This document shows positions 24,649 through 33,256 of a stretch of DNA of 64,000 bases, piece after piece. Origin of the DNA: Nannocystis bainbridge. Its GTDB lineage: Bacteria > Myxococcota_A > Polyangia > Nannocystales > Nannocystaceae. The notes beneath the pieces were generated by a model, which worked only from the letters and a program-made list of their open reading frames with translations, was not told where the DNA came from and ran no database searches. Position 1 is the first letter of the stretch. The number at the start of each line of letters is the position of its first letter. Location: assembly GCF_028368995.1 (NCBI RefSeq), contig NZ_JAQNDL010000001.1, forward strand, positions 3,168,001 to 3,232,000, read 5' to 3'. A program made the translations under genes and the position numbers.

Positions 24649-27090
24649 ATGGGCACCGATCCAGAACACGAGCGACGGGTCCGACTCGCCCGCGGCGTCC
24701 TCGCCTGGCTGACCGTCTCCGGCGGCCTGTTGACGCTCGTCGACGCCGTCGCGCTGCTGACCCGCCACTCTTGGCATCACCTGGTCGGCCTCGGGCTCGC
24801 GTCGGTGTTCGTCGCCGTCTGCGGTTTGGGCCTCCGCCGCGCCCGCGTCGACCCCGGGCGCGCGCTCGAGCTCGGCTACGTCGTCATCCTCGTCACCATC
24901 GCCGGCGTCGGCCTGTTTGTCGCCCTGCCGCTGCTGGTGCTCGCCTGCGCGACCGCGTTCTTGATCCTCGCCACCGCCCCGCAGGTGGTCGCGCCGGCGC
25001 GGGTCGACCTGTGGACCGTCGTCGCCGTGTTCGCCGCCCTCACTCTCGGCGCGCTCGAGCTGGCGCCGCTGCCGACGCGCACCATCGACGTCCCGAGCGC
25101 CCTGCTCTACGACCTCACCTGCATCGCCGCCCTGATCGTCGCCGGCGTGCTGGCCGTCCGCGACTTCGCCCGCTACTCGCTCAAGATCAAGCTCACCCTC
25201 GTCACCCTCACGGTCGCCCTCGCCCCGCTGTTCGTGGTCCGCATCGACGCCCGCCTGCGCCTGGCCGCGGACGACCTCGAGGCTGCGCTTTCGGACATGT
25301 CCGAAAGTGCATCTCAATCGGCGAGCGCGTGGGACGGCTTCCTCGCCGGCCCGCTCGCCTCGCTGCGGGCCCTCGCCGGCGGCGACGGGGCCCTGGCGGC
25401 CTGCAGCGGCCCGGCGGCGGCCCGCGAGGCGCTGGCGCGGCGGCTGCGGCGCTGGACCGAAGATCGTGACTCGGCGATCGACGCCGCCGGCTTGTGGGGC
25501 GCCGTCGGCCAGCGCGTGCTGGTCGTCGGCGAATTCCCGCTCGCCGCCCCGCCGCCCGAGTCGGTCGCCTTCGCCGTCGATCGCCACGCGCGCGACGTCC
25601 TGGTCCTGAGCGCGCCGGTCGGTGACGACGCCGCCTGCACCCTCGCCTTCGCCCTGCGGCCCGGCCTCGTCCGCCAGTGGAGCACCGACATCGCGGCCAC
25701 CGGCGGCGTCGCCGTGGTCCTGCGCGACCGCGAAGATCGCCCGCTGTTCGGCCCGCCCGAGCTCGCCGCGCTGGTGCCCGGCTACGCCGCCGTGCCGCCT
25801 GCCGCCCCAGCCGCCCGGACCTCGCCGCTGCCGCGCACCCTGGCCCAGCCCACCGTCGCCGCGCGCCTCGACGACGGCCGCCTCGCCGCCGTCGCGCGCA
25901 TCGCCGACGCCGACTGGACCCTCGCCCTCGTGCGCCCCTCGGCCAGCTTCACCGCCGTCACCGCCGAGCACGCGCGCCGCGTCCAGTGGATCACCCTCCT
26001 CGTCGCCGCCGTCGCCAGCCTCGGCGCCTTCGCCCTCAGCCGGCGGCTCGCCGCCCCGATCGCGCGGCTCGCCAGCGCCATGGCCCGCTTCACCGGCGAC
26101 GATCCGCGCCCGACCTCCCGCACCGGCGACGAGATCGACGCCCTCGCGCGCCGCTTCGATGTCATGGCCGGCCAGGTCCGCGCCCTCCTGCGCGCCCAGG
26201 AGCAGCAGACCCACCGCCTGCAGGCCGAGGTCAGCGAGCGCAGCGAACAGGAGCGGCGCCTGCAGGCCCTCAACCGCGAGCTGAGCGCCGTCAGCGACCG
26301 CTCGCAGGCCGCCAGCCGGGCCAAGAGCACCTTCCTCGCCCACATGAGCCACGAGCTGCGCACGCCGCTGTCGGCGATCATCGGCTACGGCGAGATGCTG
26401 CACGAGCAAGCCCGCGACCACGGCCACGACGGCTACGCTCGCGACGCCGACAACATCGTCCAGGCCGCCCAGCACCTGCTGACGATCATCAACGAGATCC
26501 TCGACCTCTCGAAGATCGAGGCCGGCAAGATGGACATGGTGCTCGAGGAGTTCGACGCCGCCCGGCTGATGCGCGAGGTCGCCGACGCCATCCGCCCGCT
26601 GATCGCCGCCAACCGCAACACGCTGACGCTGGAGCTCGAGCAGGACTCGGCGCCGATGTACAGCGACCGTCACAAGCTGCGCCAGGTCCTGCTCAACTTG
26701 CTCGGCAACGCCGCCAAGTTCACCGAGAGCGGCGCCATCGTCCTCGGCCTGCGTCAGCGCAGCGCCGCCGGCATCATCTGCCTCGTCTTCACCGTCCGCG
26801 ACACCGGCCGCGGCATCGCCCAGGGCGCGCTCGCTACCCTGTTCGAGCCGTTCACGCAGGTCGTCGAGCCGGGCGCGCGCAAGACCACCGGCACGGGCCT
26901 CGGCCTCGCCATCACCCGTCGCTTCTGTCGCCTCATGGGCGGCGAGATCGACGTGACCTCGAGCCCCGGCGCCGGCTCCACCTTCACCGTCACCGTCCCC
27001 GTCAGCTACCGCGGCCTGCGCGACAGCAACTCGTGGCACCCGCTGCGGCACCCGCCGCGCGCGGACGAGAGTGCGCGCCTCAAGCCCTGA
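24649..27090 (+). CDS. Membrane sensor histidine kinase (multi-TM, HAMP, HisKA, HATPase)
   Basis: FLAHMSHELRTPL, NLLGNAAKFT, DTGRGI, LFEPFTQ, GTGLGLAI, GSTF. Confidence 0.93.
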   Translation: MGTDPEHERRVRLARGVLAWLTVSGGLLTLVDAVALLTRHSWHHLVGLGLASVFVAVCGLGLRRARVDPGRALELGYVVILVTIAGVGLFVALPLLVLACATAFLILATAPQVVAPARVDLWTVVAVFAALTLGALELAPLPTRTIDVPSALLYDLTCIAALIVAGVLAVRDFARYSLKIKLTLVTLTVALAPLFVVRIDARLRLAADDLEAALSDMSESASQSASAWDGFLAGPLASLRALAGGDGALAACSGPAAAREALARRLRRWTEDRDSAIDAAGLWGAVGQRVLVVGEFPLAAPPPESVAFAVDRHARDVLVLSAPVGDDAACTLAFALRPGLVRQWSTDIAATGGVAVVLRDREDRPLFGPPELAALVPGYAAVPPAAPAARTSPLPRTLAQPTVAARLDDGRLAAVARIADADWTLALVRPSASFTAVTAEHARRVQWITLLVAAVASLGAFALSRRLAAPIARLASAMARFTGDDPRPTSRTGDEIDALARRFDVMAGQVRALLRAQEQQTHRLQAEVSERSEQERRLQALNRELSAVSDRSQAASRAKSTFLAHMSHELRTPLSAIIGYGEMLHEQARDHGHDGYARDADNIVQAAQHLLTIINEILDLSKIEAGKMDMVLEEFDAARLMREVADAIRPLIAANRNTLTLELEQDSAPMYSDRHKLRQVLLNLLGNAAKFTESGAIVLGLRQRSAAGIICLVFTVRDTGRGIAQGALATLFEPFTQVVEPGARKTTGTGLGLAITRRFCRLMGGEIDVTSSPGAGSTFTVTVPVSYRGLRDSNSWHPLRHPPRADESARLKP

Positions 27091-27287
27091 TCGCGCATCG
27101 AGTGGAGAGGTCGTCGCGACCTCGCACATGTCCTCCCGGCCAGCTCGCGCGTGCGCGGAACTGCGAGCCGCCGAGCGACGTGAGGACCGGCCCGCGCGCC
27201 GCGAGGCCCCTCGCCCCCGCTCGCGACTCTTGCTGCGATCGCCGGCGCCGCGATAACGTGCGGGCCGTCCCACCCGGGAGGCTTTGC

Positions 27288-29594
27288 ATGACCTCGACTG
27301 TTAAACGGCGATCTGCGCCGACGTTCATGGCCCTGGGCATCGCCGGCCTCGCTGCCGCGGCCCTCGGCGCTTGCAAGGACGGCGGCTTCGGCGGCGACGA
27401 CGACAGCTGCGTCTCGACCCGCGAGTTCTTCGCCAACGAGGCCTGGCCCAAGGTGCTCGGCAAGACCTGCATCTCGTGCCACGGCCCGGCCGGCATCGCC
27501 GAGGAGCAGGGCGCCGAGTTCCGCCTGCTGCCCGCCTCCTACCCCGGCTTCCTCGACGCCAACCTCGCGGCCGTCACCGAGAACGCCTCGGTCAGCTACG
27601 ACGACCTCTCGGCGCTGCTGGCCAAGCCGACCGCCAAGACCAAGCACGGCGGCGGCGAGGTCATCAAGCCCGACAGCGAGGAGTACCGGATCCTCGAGAG
27701 CCTGCTCGCCCAGCTCAAGGCCCCGCGCGAGTGCCCCGGCAACGACGGCGCCGACCTCGACGCCGTCGAACTGATGAGCCCCGAGCAGACCCTGCGCAAG
27801 GCCACGCTGCACCTCGCGGGCCGCCTGCCGACCGCCGAGGAGCTCAAGGAGGCCGCCGCCGGCGACGACGCGCTGGCCGAGGCCGTGCGCGGCGTGCTCG
27901 AGGAGGACGGCTTCTACGACCGCCTCGGCGACATCTTCAACGACCTGCTGCTGACCGACCGCTACCTCGTCTACACCGGCTTCGCGGTCAACATCCTCAA
28001 CAGCGAGGACTTCCCGAACGCCGGCGCGTGGTGGGAGGGCCTCGAGGGCCAGGACGCGCTGCGCTACCAGGTCAACCGCGCCGCCGCGCGCGAGCCGATC
28101 GACCTGATCAACTACGTCGTCCGCAACGACCGCCCCTTCACCGAGATCCTCACCGCCGACTACACGGTGCTCAACCCGTTCTCGGCCCAGCTCTACGACC
28201 TCGACCTCGGCTTCGCCGACCCGGCCGACCCGCGCGAGTTCAAGGAGGCCAAGCTGTTCAGCGTGCGCGGCGGCAAGAAGACCCTGCCGCACGCCGGCGT
28301 GCTCAGCTCGCCGATGTTCCTCAACCGCTTCCCGACCACGCCGACCAACCGCAACCGCCACCGCGCGCGGATGACCTACAAGCTGTTCCTCGCCACCGAC
28401 GTGCTGCGCATCGGCGAGCGGCCGATCGACCCGTCGCTGTCGGAGGCGTACTCGAACCCGACGCGCGATGACAAGCAGTGCAACTTCTGCCACCAGCTGC
28501 TCGACCCGGTGGCCGGCGCGTTCCAGAACTACGACGACTACGACATGGAGGTCCTGACCACCCGCGAGTGGTTCCCGGAGATGTTCGCGCCCGGCTTCGA
28601 CGGCGAGGACATCCCGAAGTCGGAGTTCTCCAAGTCGCTCGAGTGGTTGGCCGCGCGCCTCGTCAAGGATCCGCGGTTCGTCATCGCCACCGTGCACACC
28701 GTGTTCCGCGCGCTGACCGGGACCGAGCCGCTGCTGTTCCCGGCCGACGCCGAGGACCCGCTGTACAGCGCCAAGCTCGACGCCTGGGAGGCCCAGGACG
28801 CCCTGTTCCGCCAGATCGGCGACGAGTTCGTGGCCGACGAATACAACCTCAAGACCGTGATCGTCGGCGTGGTCATGAGCCCGTACTTCCGCGGCCTCAG
28901 CCTCGACGCGACCGAGCTTTCCGCGGCCGACAGCGAGGAGCTCGCGGTCGTCGGCCACGGCCGGCTGTCGACCCCCGAGCTGCTGGCGAACAAGCTCCAG
29001 GCGACCACCGGCATCCGGTGGATCCGCGGCTGGGACCTCAATGACTGGCTGACCACCGACTACCGGATCCTCTACGGCGGCATCGACTCCGACAGCATCA
29101 CCCAGCGACTCACGCGCATGAACGGCATCATGGGCGCGGTCGCCGGGCGCATGGCCAACGAGGTCGCCTGCGCCGTCACGGCCTACGACTTCTCGCGCGC
29201 GACCGACAAGCGGCGGCTGTTCCCGAAGGTCACGCTCGACACCGTGCCGCTGAGCGAGACCGGCGCCGAGGTGCCCGACAACGTCGCCGCCATCAAGGCC
29301 AACCTCGTCCACCTCCATCAGCGCGTGCTCGGCGAGACGCTCGCGGCCGACGACCCGGAGATCCAGCGCGCCTACGACCTGTTCCTCGGGACATGGAAGG
29401 ACGGCACCGCGGCCGTCGCCGGCGGGACCGAGAACGAGTGGCTGAGCTGGTGGTGCCAGGCCCGCGTCGACCCCAACACCAACGTCGACCTGCCCGACGC
29501 CGAGAAGATCGAGACCGACAAGAACTACACCATCCGCGCGTGGATGGCGGTGATGACGTACATGCTGTCGGACTACCAGTTCCTCTACGAGTGA
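27288..29594 (+). CDS. Putative diheme c lipoprotein, DUF1585/1588/1592-like partner of DUF1501
   Basis: Lipobox LGAC, CISCH and CNFCH heme motifs, HGGG, LAGRLPT, EILTADY, HAGVLS, RHRAR. Start at ATG 27288. Confidence 0.78.
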   Translation: MTSTVKRRSAPTFMALGIAGLAAAALGACKDGGFGGDDDSCVSTREFFANEAWPKVLGKTCISCHGPAGIAEEQGAEFRLLPASYPGFLDANLAAVTENASVSYDDLSALLAKPTAKTKHGGGEVIKPDSEEYRILESLLAQLKAPRECPGNDGADLDAVELMSPEQTLRKATLHLAGRLPTAEELKEAAAGDDALAEAVRGVLEEDGFYDRLGDIFNDLLLTDRYLVYTGFAVNILNSEDFPNAGAWWEGLEGQDALRYQVNRAAAREPIDLINYVVRNDRPFTEILTADYTVLNPFSAQLYDLDLGFADPADPREFKEAKLFSVRGGKKTLPHAGVLSSPMFLNRFPTTPTNRNRHRARMTYKLFLATDVLRIGERPIDPSLSEAYSNPTRDDKQCNFCHQLLDPVAGAFQNYDDYDMEVLTTREWFPEMFAPGFDGEDIPKSEFSKSLEWLAARLVKDPRFVIATVHTVFRALTGTEPLLFPADAEDPLYSAKLDAWEAQDALFRQIGDEFVADEYNLKTVIVGVVMSPYFRGLSLDATELSAADSEELAVVGHGRLSTPELLANKLQATTGIRWIRGWDLNDWLTTDYRILYGGIDSDSITQRLTRMNGIMGAVAGRMANEVACAVTAYDFSRATDKRRLFPKVTLDTVPLSETGAEVPDNVAAIKANLVHLHQRVLGETLAADDPEIQRAYDLFLGTWKDGTAAVAGGTENEWLSWWCQARVDPNTNVDLPDAEKIETDKNYTIRAWMAVMTYMLSDYQFLYE

Positions 29595-29619
29595 CGCCGA
29601 CGACGAAGGAGCTACCACC

Positions 29620-30939
29620 ATGGATCGCCGCAAGTTCTTGAAGATCGCCGCCATGTCCGGGCTCGCCGTCGCCGCGCCGGTGGGGGTGCGCCGCGCCCTC
29701 GCCGACGCCGAGCCGTACGAGGGCCCGTACTTCGTGCTCATCAGCGCCTCGGGCGGGTGGGACCCCGTCTACCTGTGCGACCCCAAGGAGCAGGGCCCGC
29801 TCAACCGGCTCTACGCCGCCAGCGCCTCGCAGGGCAACATCCACTACGCGCCGATCGGCCTCGACCCGGTCGCGCTCGGCCTCGAGGAGGCCGAGGTCGC
29901 GTACCTGATGTCGAACGCCGACTTCTTCACCAAGTACGGCAGCCAGCTGCTCGTGCTCAACGGCGTCGACATGGCGACCAACAACCACGACGCCGGCGCG
30001 CGCGCGACCTGGAGCGGCCGCCTGCCCGAGGGCTTCCCGGCCTTCGGCGCGCTCGTGGCGGCCGCGCGGGCGCCCGAGAGCACCTTCGCGTACGTCAGCG
30101 CCGGGGGCTTCGACGCCACCGAGGGCCTCGTGCCGCTGACGCGCATCAGCAGCGTCGACGCGGTCAAGAAGATCGCCAACCCCAACCTCACCGACCCGAA
30201 CAACGCCGAGACCGACAAGTTCCACTCCGACAAGACGATGGAGCGGATCCGCAAGGCCCAGACGGCGCGGCTCGAGGCGCAGATGGCCGCCGCTCGCCTG
30301 CCGCGCAGCAAGGCGGCGATGAACGAGCTGTTCCTGGCGCGCGGCGGCGAGAAGCTGCTGAAGGGCCTGGCGCTGCCGGCCGAGCCGGCGACGCTGCCCG
30401 GCTATCAGCTCGGCGACCTGCAGGGCTTCATGCAGCAGAGCCAGTTCGCGGTCGCGGCCTTCAAGGCGCGCATGGCCGTGGCCGCCAACCTCAACATCGG
30501 CGGCTTCGACACCCACGGCAACCACGACCGCGACCAGGTGCGCCAGCTGGCCAAGCTGCTCGCCGGCGTCGATTTCTTCATGAAAGAGGCCGAGGCGGCC
30601 GGCATCGCCGACAAACTGACAGTGGTCATCGGCTCCGACTTCGCCCGCGGCCCCGGCTACAACGGCGACAACGAGTACGCCGGCAAGGACCACTGGCCGG
30701 TCACCAGCCTGATGATGATGGGCCGCGGCATCGCCGGCAATCGCGTGGTCGGGGCCACCGACGCCGAGCAATTCGGCGCCCTCGTCGACCCGACCAGCCT
30801 CGCCGTCGGCAAGGGCTCGAAGCTCACGCCCGAGAGCATCCACCTCGCGCTGCGCAAGCTGGCCGGCATCGACACCGCCGAGGTCACGGCCCGCTTCCCG
30901 CTGGCCGGCCAGGACATGCCGAAGCTGCTCGGCGGCTGA
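29620..30939 (+). CDS. DUF1501 family Tat-exported protein
   Basis: MDRRKFLK twin-arginine signal, SGGWD, GGFDTH, SDFAR, KDHWP. SD GGAG upstream. Confidence 0.85.
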   Translation: MDRRKFLKIAAMSGLAVAAPVGVRRALADAEPYEGPYFVLISASGGWDPVYLCDPKEQGPLNRLYAASASQGNIHYAPIGLDPVALGLEEAEVAYLMSNADFFTKYGSQLLVLNGVDMATNNHDAGARATWSGRLPEGFPAFGALVAAARAPESTFAYVSAGGFDATEGLVPLTRISSVDAVKKIANPNLTDPNNAETDKFHSDKTMERIRKAQTARLEAQMAAARLPRSKAAMNELFLARGGEKLLKGLALPAEPATLPGYQLGDLQGFMQQSQFAVAAFKARMAVAANLNIGGFDTHGNHDRDQVRQLAKLLAGVDFFMKEAEAAGIADKLTVVIGSDFARGPGYNGDNEYAGKDHWPVTSLMMMGRGIAGNRVVGATDAEQFGALVDPTSLAVGKGSKLTPESIHLALRKLAGIDTAEVTARFPLAGQDMPKLLGG

Positions 30940-31008
30940 GCCCGTTCGCTGCAAACCCGCCCTCGCGCCGCGCGGTGCGAGGGCGCTCGCGTGTTCGCCG
31001 CGAGCGTC

Positions 31009-31297
31009 GGACATGTCCCGAAGTTCGCGTGAGGCGACGCGCACGATCACGGCGTCGTGCATGGCCCGATCGACCGCGAGCTGCGACAATCACATGTCCC
31101 GAAGGACATGTGCACTGGCGCGCGCAGCCGAGCCCGCTGGCAGCCGTGACCGCGCTCGACATGTCCCCGGGGACATGTGCACTGGCGCGCGCGACCCGGC
31201 TCGCCGCGCTCGCCGTCGGCGCCGCGCGGCCGACTCGGGGCGCCTGCCACGCCATAACTTTCGGACATGTCCTGAAGAACATGTGCGTCGGCGCGCC
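31009..31297. repeat. Direct repeats (about 34 bp) built around TGTCC-N4-GGACA
   Basis: ACATGTCCCnnnGGACATGTGCACTGGCGCGCGC at 31092-31125 and 31159-31192, a diverged copy at 31265-31297, and a half copy at 31009. Confidence 0.85.
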
Positions 31298-31479
31298 GCA
31301 CAGCGGCCCGCGGGCTGGCGCTCACGTTCGCGCGCCTGACCGCACCCTTGGGCACAGTCGCTGTGCATCTTTGCGAACTCGCCTGGGGATCGTCGCATGC
31401 GCATGCACGCGTCGATCGATCTGTCCCGAAGACATTGCCGCCTCGAGTGCGGCGTGGTTACTCTCCATTCACCCCCCGA

Positions 31480-32466
31480 ATGCATGAACCCAAGCGAAGT
31501 CGCGAACCCGACGCGCCGCGCGCCCCATGTAGCCGCCGCCCGTCCGTCGACCTCACCGGCCGCGTCTTAGGCGGCCGATACGAGCTGCTCCGTCGTCTCG
31601 GTCACGGCGGCAGCGGCGCCACCATCTACGAGGCCGAGCACGTCGAGCTGCGGCGGCGCGTCGCCGTCAAGGTCCTCGACCCCGGCCTCTCCGACGCCGA
31701 CACCGTCGCGCGTTTCACCCACGAGGCGCACGCCGCGGCGGCGCTGCGCAGCGAACACATCATCGACATCATCGAGCTCGCGCATGACGACAGCGAGCTC
31801 GTGTTCATGGTGATGGAGTGCCTCGAAGGCGAGGACCTCGCGGTCACGCTGGCCCAGGACGGCCCGCTCGACTGGCGGCGCGTGCTGTCGATCGGCACCC
31901 AGGTGTGCGAGGCGCTGGTGACGGCCCACGCCCGCGGCGTGGTGCATTGTGACATCAAGCCCGGCAACTGCTTCCGCATCACCCACGGCGGCACCGCCGA
32001 CTTCATCAAGGTGCTCGACTTCGGCGTGTCGAGCTTCGGCGGTCGCGTCGCCGTGACGCGCGGCAGCGACGGCCGCCGCACCTCGGGCCCGGTGATCGGC
32101 ACGCCCGGCTACATGCCGCAGGAGCAGCTGCGCGGCGGACCGTACGACCACCGCGTCGACATCTTCGCCCTCGGCGTGCTGATGTTCCGCCTGCTCACCG
32201 ACAAGATGCCGTACTCCGGCGGCAGCCTGTTCGTCCCGCGCCGCCCCACGAGCGGCCCGATCGCCCTCCGCCGCGCCGCCCCGGCCGTCGAGATCCCCGA
32301 CGCCTTCGAGGCGGTCATCCTCAAGTCCGTCGCCAGCGACCCCGCCGAGCGCTACCCGAGCGCGGCGGAGATGCTGGCGGCCCTGCGCGCCGTCGCCGAC
32401 ACGCCCTGGGCGCCCCGCCTCGCCCGCGACCCGCTGGCCTGGGGCGAGCGCTCCTCGGCGGCCTGA
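31480..32466 (+). CDS. Hanks-type Ser/Thr protein kinase
   Basis: LGHGGSGATIY, VAVKVL, HCDIKPGN, KVLDFG, GTPGYM, DIFALG, DPAERY. Confidence 0.92.
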   Translation: MHEPKRSREPDAPRAPCSRRPSVDLTGRVLGGRYELLRRLGHGGSGATIYEAEHVELRRRVAVKVLDPGLSDADTVARFTHEAHAAAALRSEHIIDIIELAHDDSELVFMVMECLEGEDLAVTLAQDGPLDWRRVLSIGTQVCEALVTAHARGVVHCDIKPGNCFRITHGGTADFIKVLDFGVSSFGGRVAVTRGSDGRRTSGPVIGTPGYMPQEQLRGGPYDHRVDIFALGVLMFRLLTDKMPYSGGSLFVPRRPTSGPIALRRAAPAVEIPDAFEAVILKSVASDPAERYPSAAEMLAALRAVADTPWAPRLARDPLAWGERSSAA

Positions 32467-32484
32467 GCCGCCCGAACGCCGAGC

Positions 32485-32513
32485 GCAGCCTGTATTTTAA
32501 AAATACAGGCTGC
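32485..32513. terminator. Perfect 14-bp-arm inverted repeat with AT-rich core between convergent genes
   Basis: GCAGCCTGTATTTT-A-AAAATACAGGCTGC. Confidence 0.5.
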
Positions 32514-32535
32514 TCTTGTGTCGCGTGTCACGATG

Positions 32536-32645
32536 AGCCTGTCCTTCGGGACAGGCTTTTCTCGCGTCGAGCTTCTTGGAAGCCTGTCCTTCGGGACATG
32601 CTGCTTCTTGCGTGGCCCGAAATGATGGCCATGTCCCTTCGGACA
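32536..32645. repeat. Three perfect TGTCC-N4-GGACA sites spaced 45 and 47 bp
   Basis: AGCCTGTCCTTCGGGACA is identical at 32536 and 32581. TGTCC-CTTC-GGACA at 32632. Confidence 0.88.
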
Positions 32646-32687
32646 TCTCACGCTCGTCGCAGACGGACGCGGGAGCGAGCGAGCCGC

Positions 32688-33101
32688 TCACGCCGGCGAG
32701 ATCAGCTCGTCGTAGCCGCGGCCCTTGAACTGCAGGATGCACACCCCGTGGCCCCACGGGTCGGCGAGCAGCGCCATCCGGCCCCACACCGCGTCGCGGA
32801 TCGGCCCCTCGACCGTGGCGCCCTCGACCTGCGCCCGCGCGAGCGCCGGCTCGAGCGCGTCGACCACGACATCGAGGTGCACCGGCGTCCAGTGGCGCCG
32901 ATAGTCGCGCCCGACCGGCGCATCCGGCCAGGCCGGCGAATCGACCGGTTTCTGCAGCAGATACAGCGGCACGCCCGCGCCGAGCAGCTCGACGCCCCCG
33001 CCGCCGAACCGCCGCCCCGCGGTGAAGCCGAACGCGCGCACGTAAAACGCCTCGGCAGCAGAGACATCAGGCACATCGATGTTGACGAGCAAGTTGGGCA
33101 T
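32688..33101 (-). CDS. VOC/glyoxalase family protein
   Basis: NIDVPDVSAAEAFY..AFG, VHLDVVVD, WGRMALLADPWGHG.C. Confidence 0.88.
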   Translation of the reverse strand: MPNLLVNIDVPDVSAAEAFYVRAFGFTAGRRFGGGGVELLGAGVPLYLLQKPVDSPAWPDAPVGRDYRRHWTPVHLDVVVDALEPALARAQVEGATVEGPIRDAVWGRMALLADPWGHGVCILQFKGRGYDELISPA

Positions 33102-33256
33102 CTTTGCCTCCTGCGGAAAAGAGTTCGCGCAGAGGGTATCGCAAGCGGTGCGCGGGTCCACGCCCAATGCCTGCTTCCTGACCCCCGTCGCATCATTCGA
33201 TGGTCAGCGGGATCGTGACACCGCTAATCCTGGACCGCGCCGGCCCACCGAGCGCT

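Noticed and set aside
32539-32554. E. coli-type SOS box CTGT-N8-ACAG
   Set aside because: It matches only the subset of sites flanked by C/G. Most copies have CATGT junctions and lie in 3' or intragenic positions, and the Myxococcus LexA box is a different sequence.
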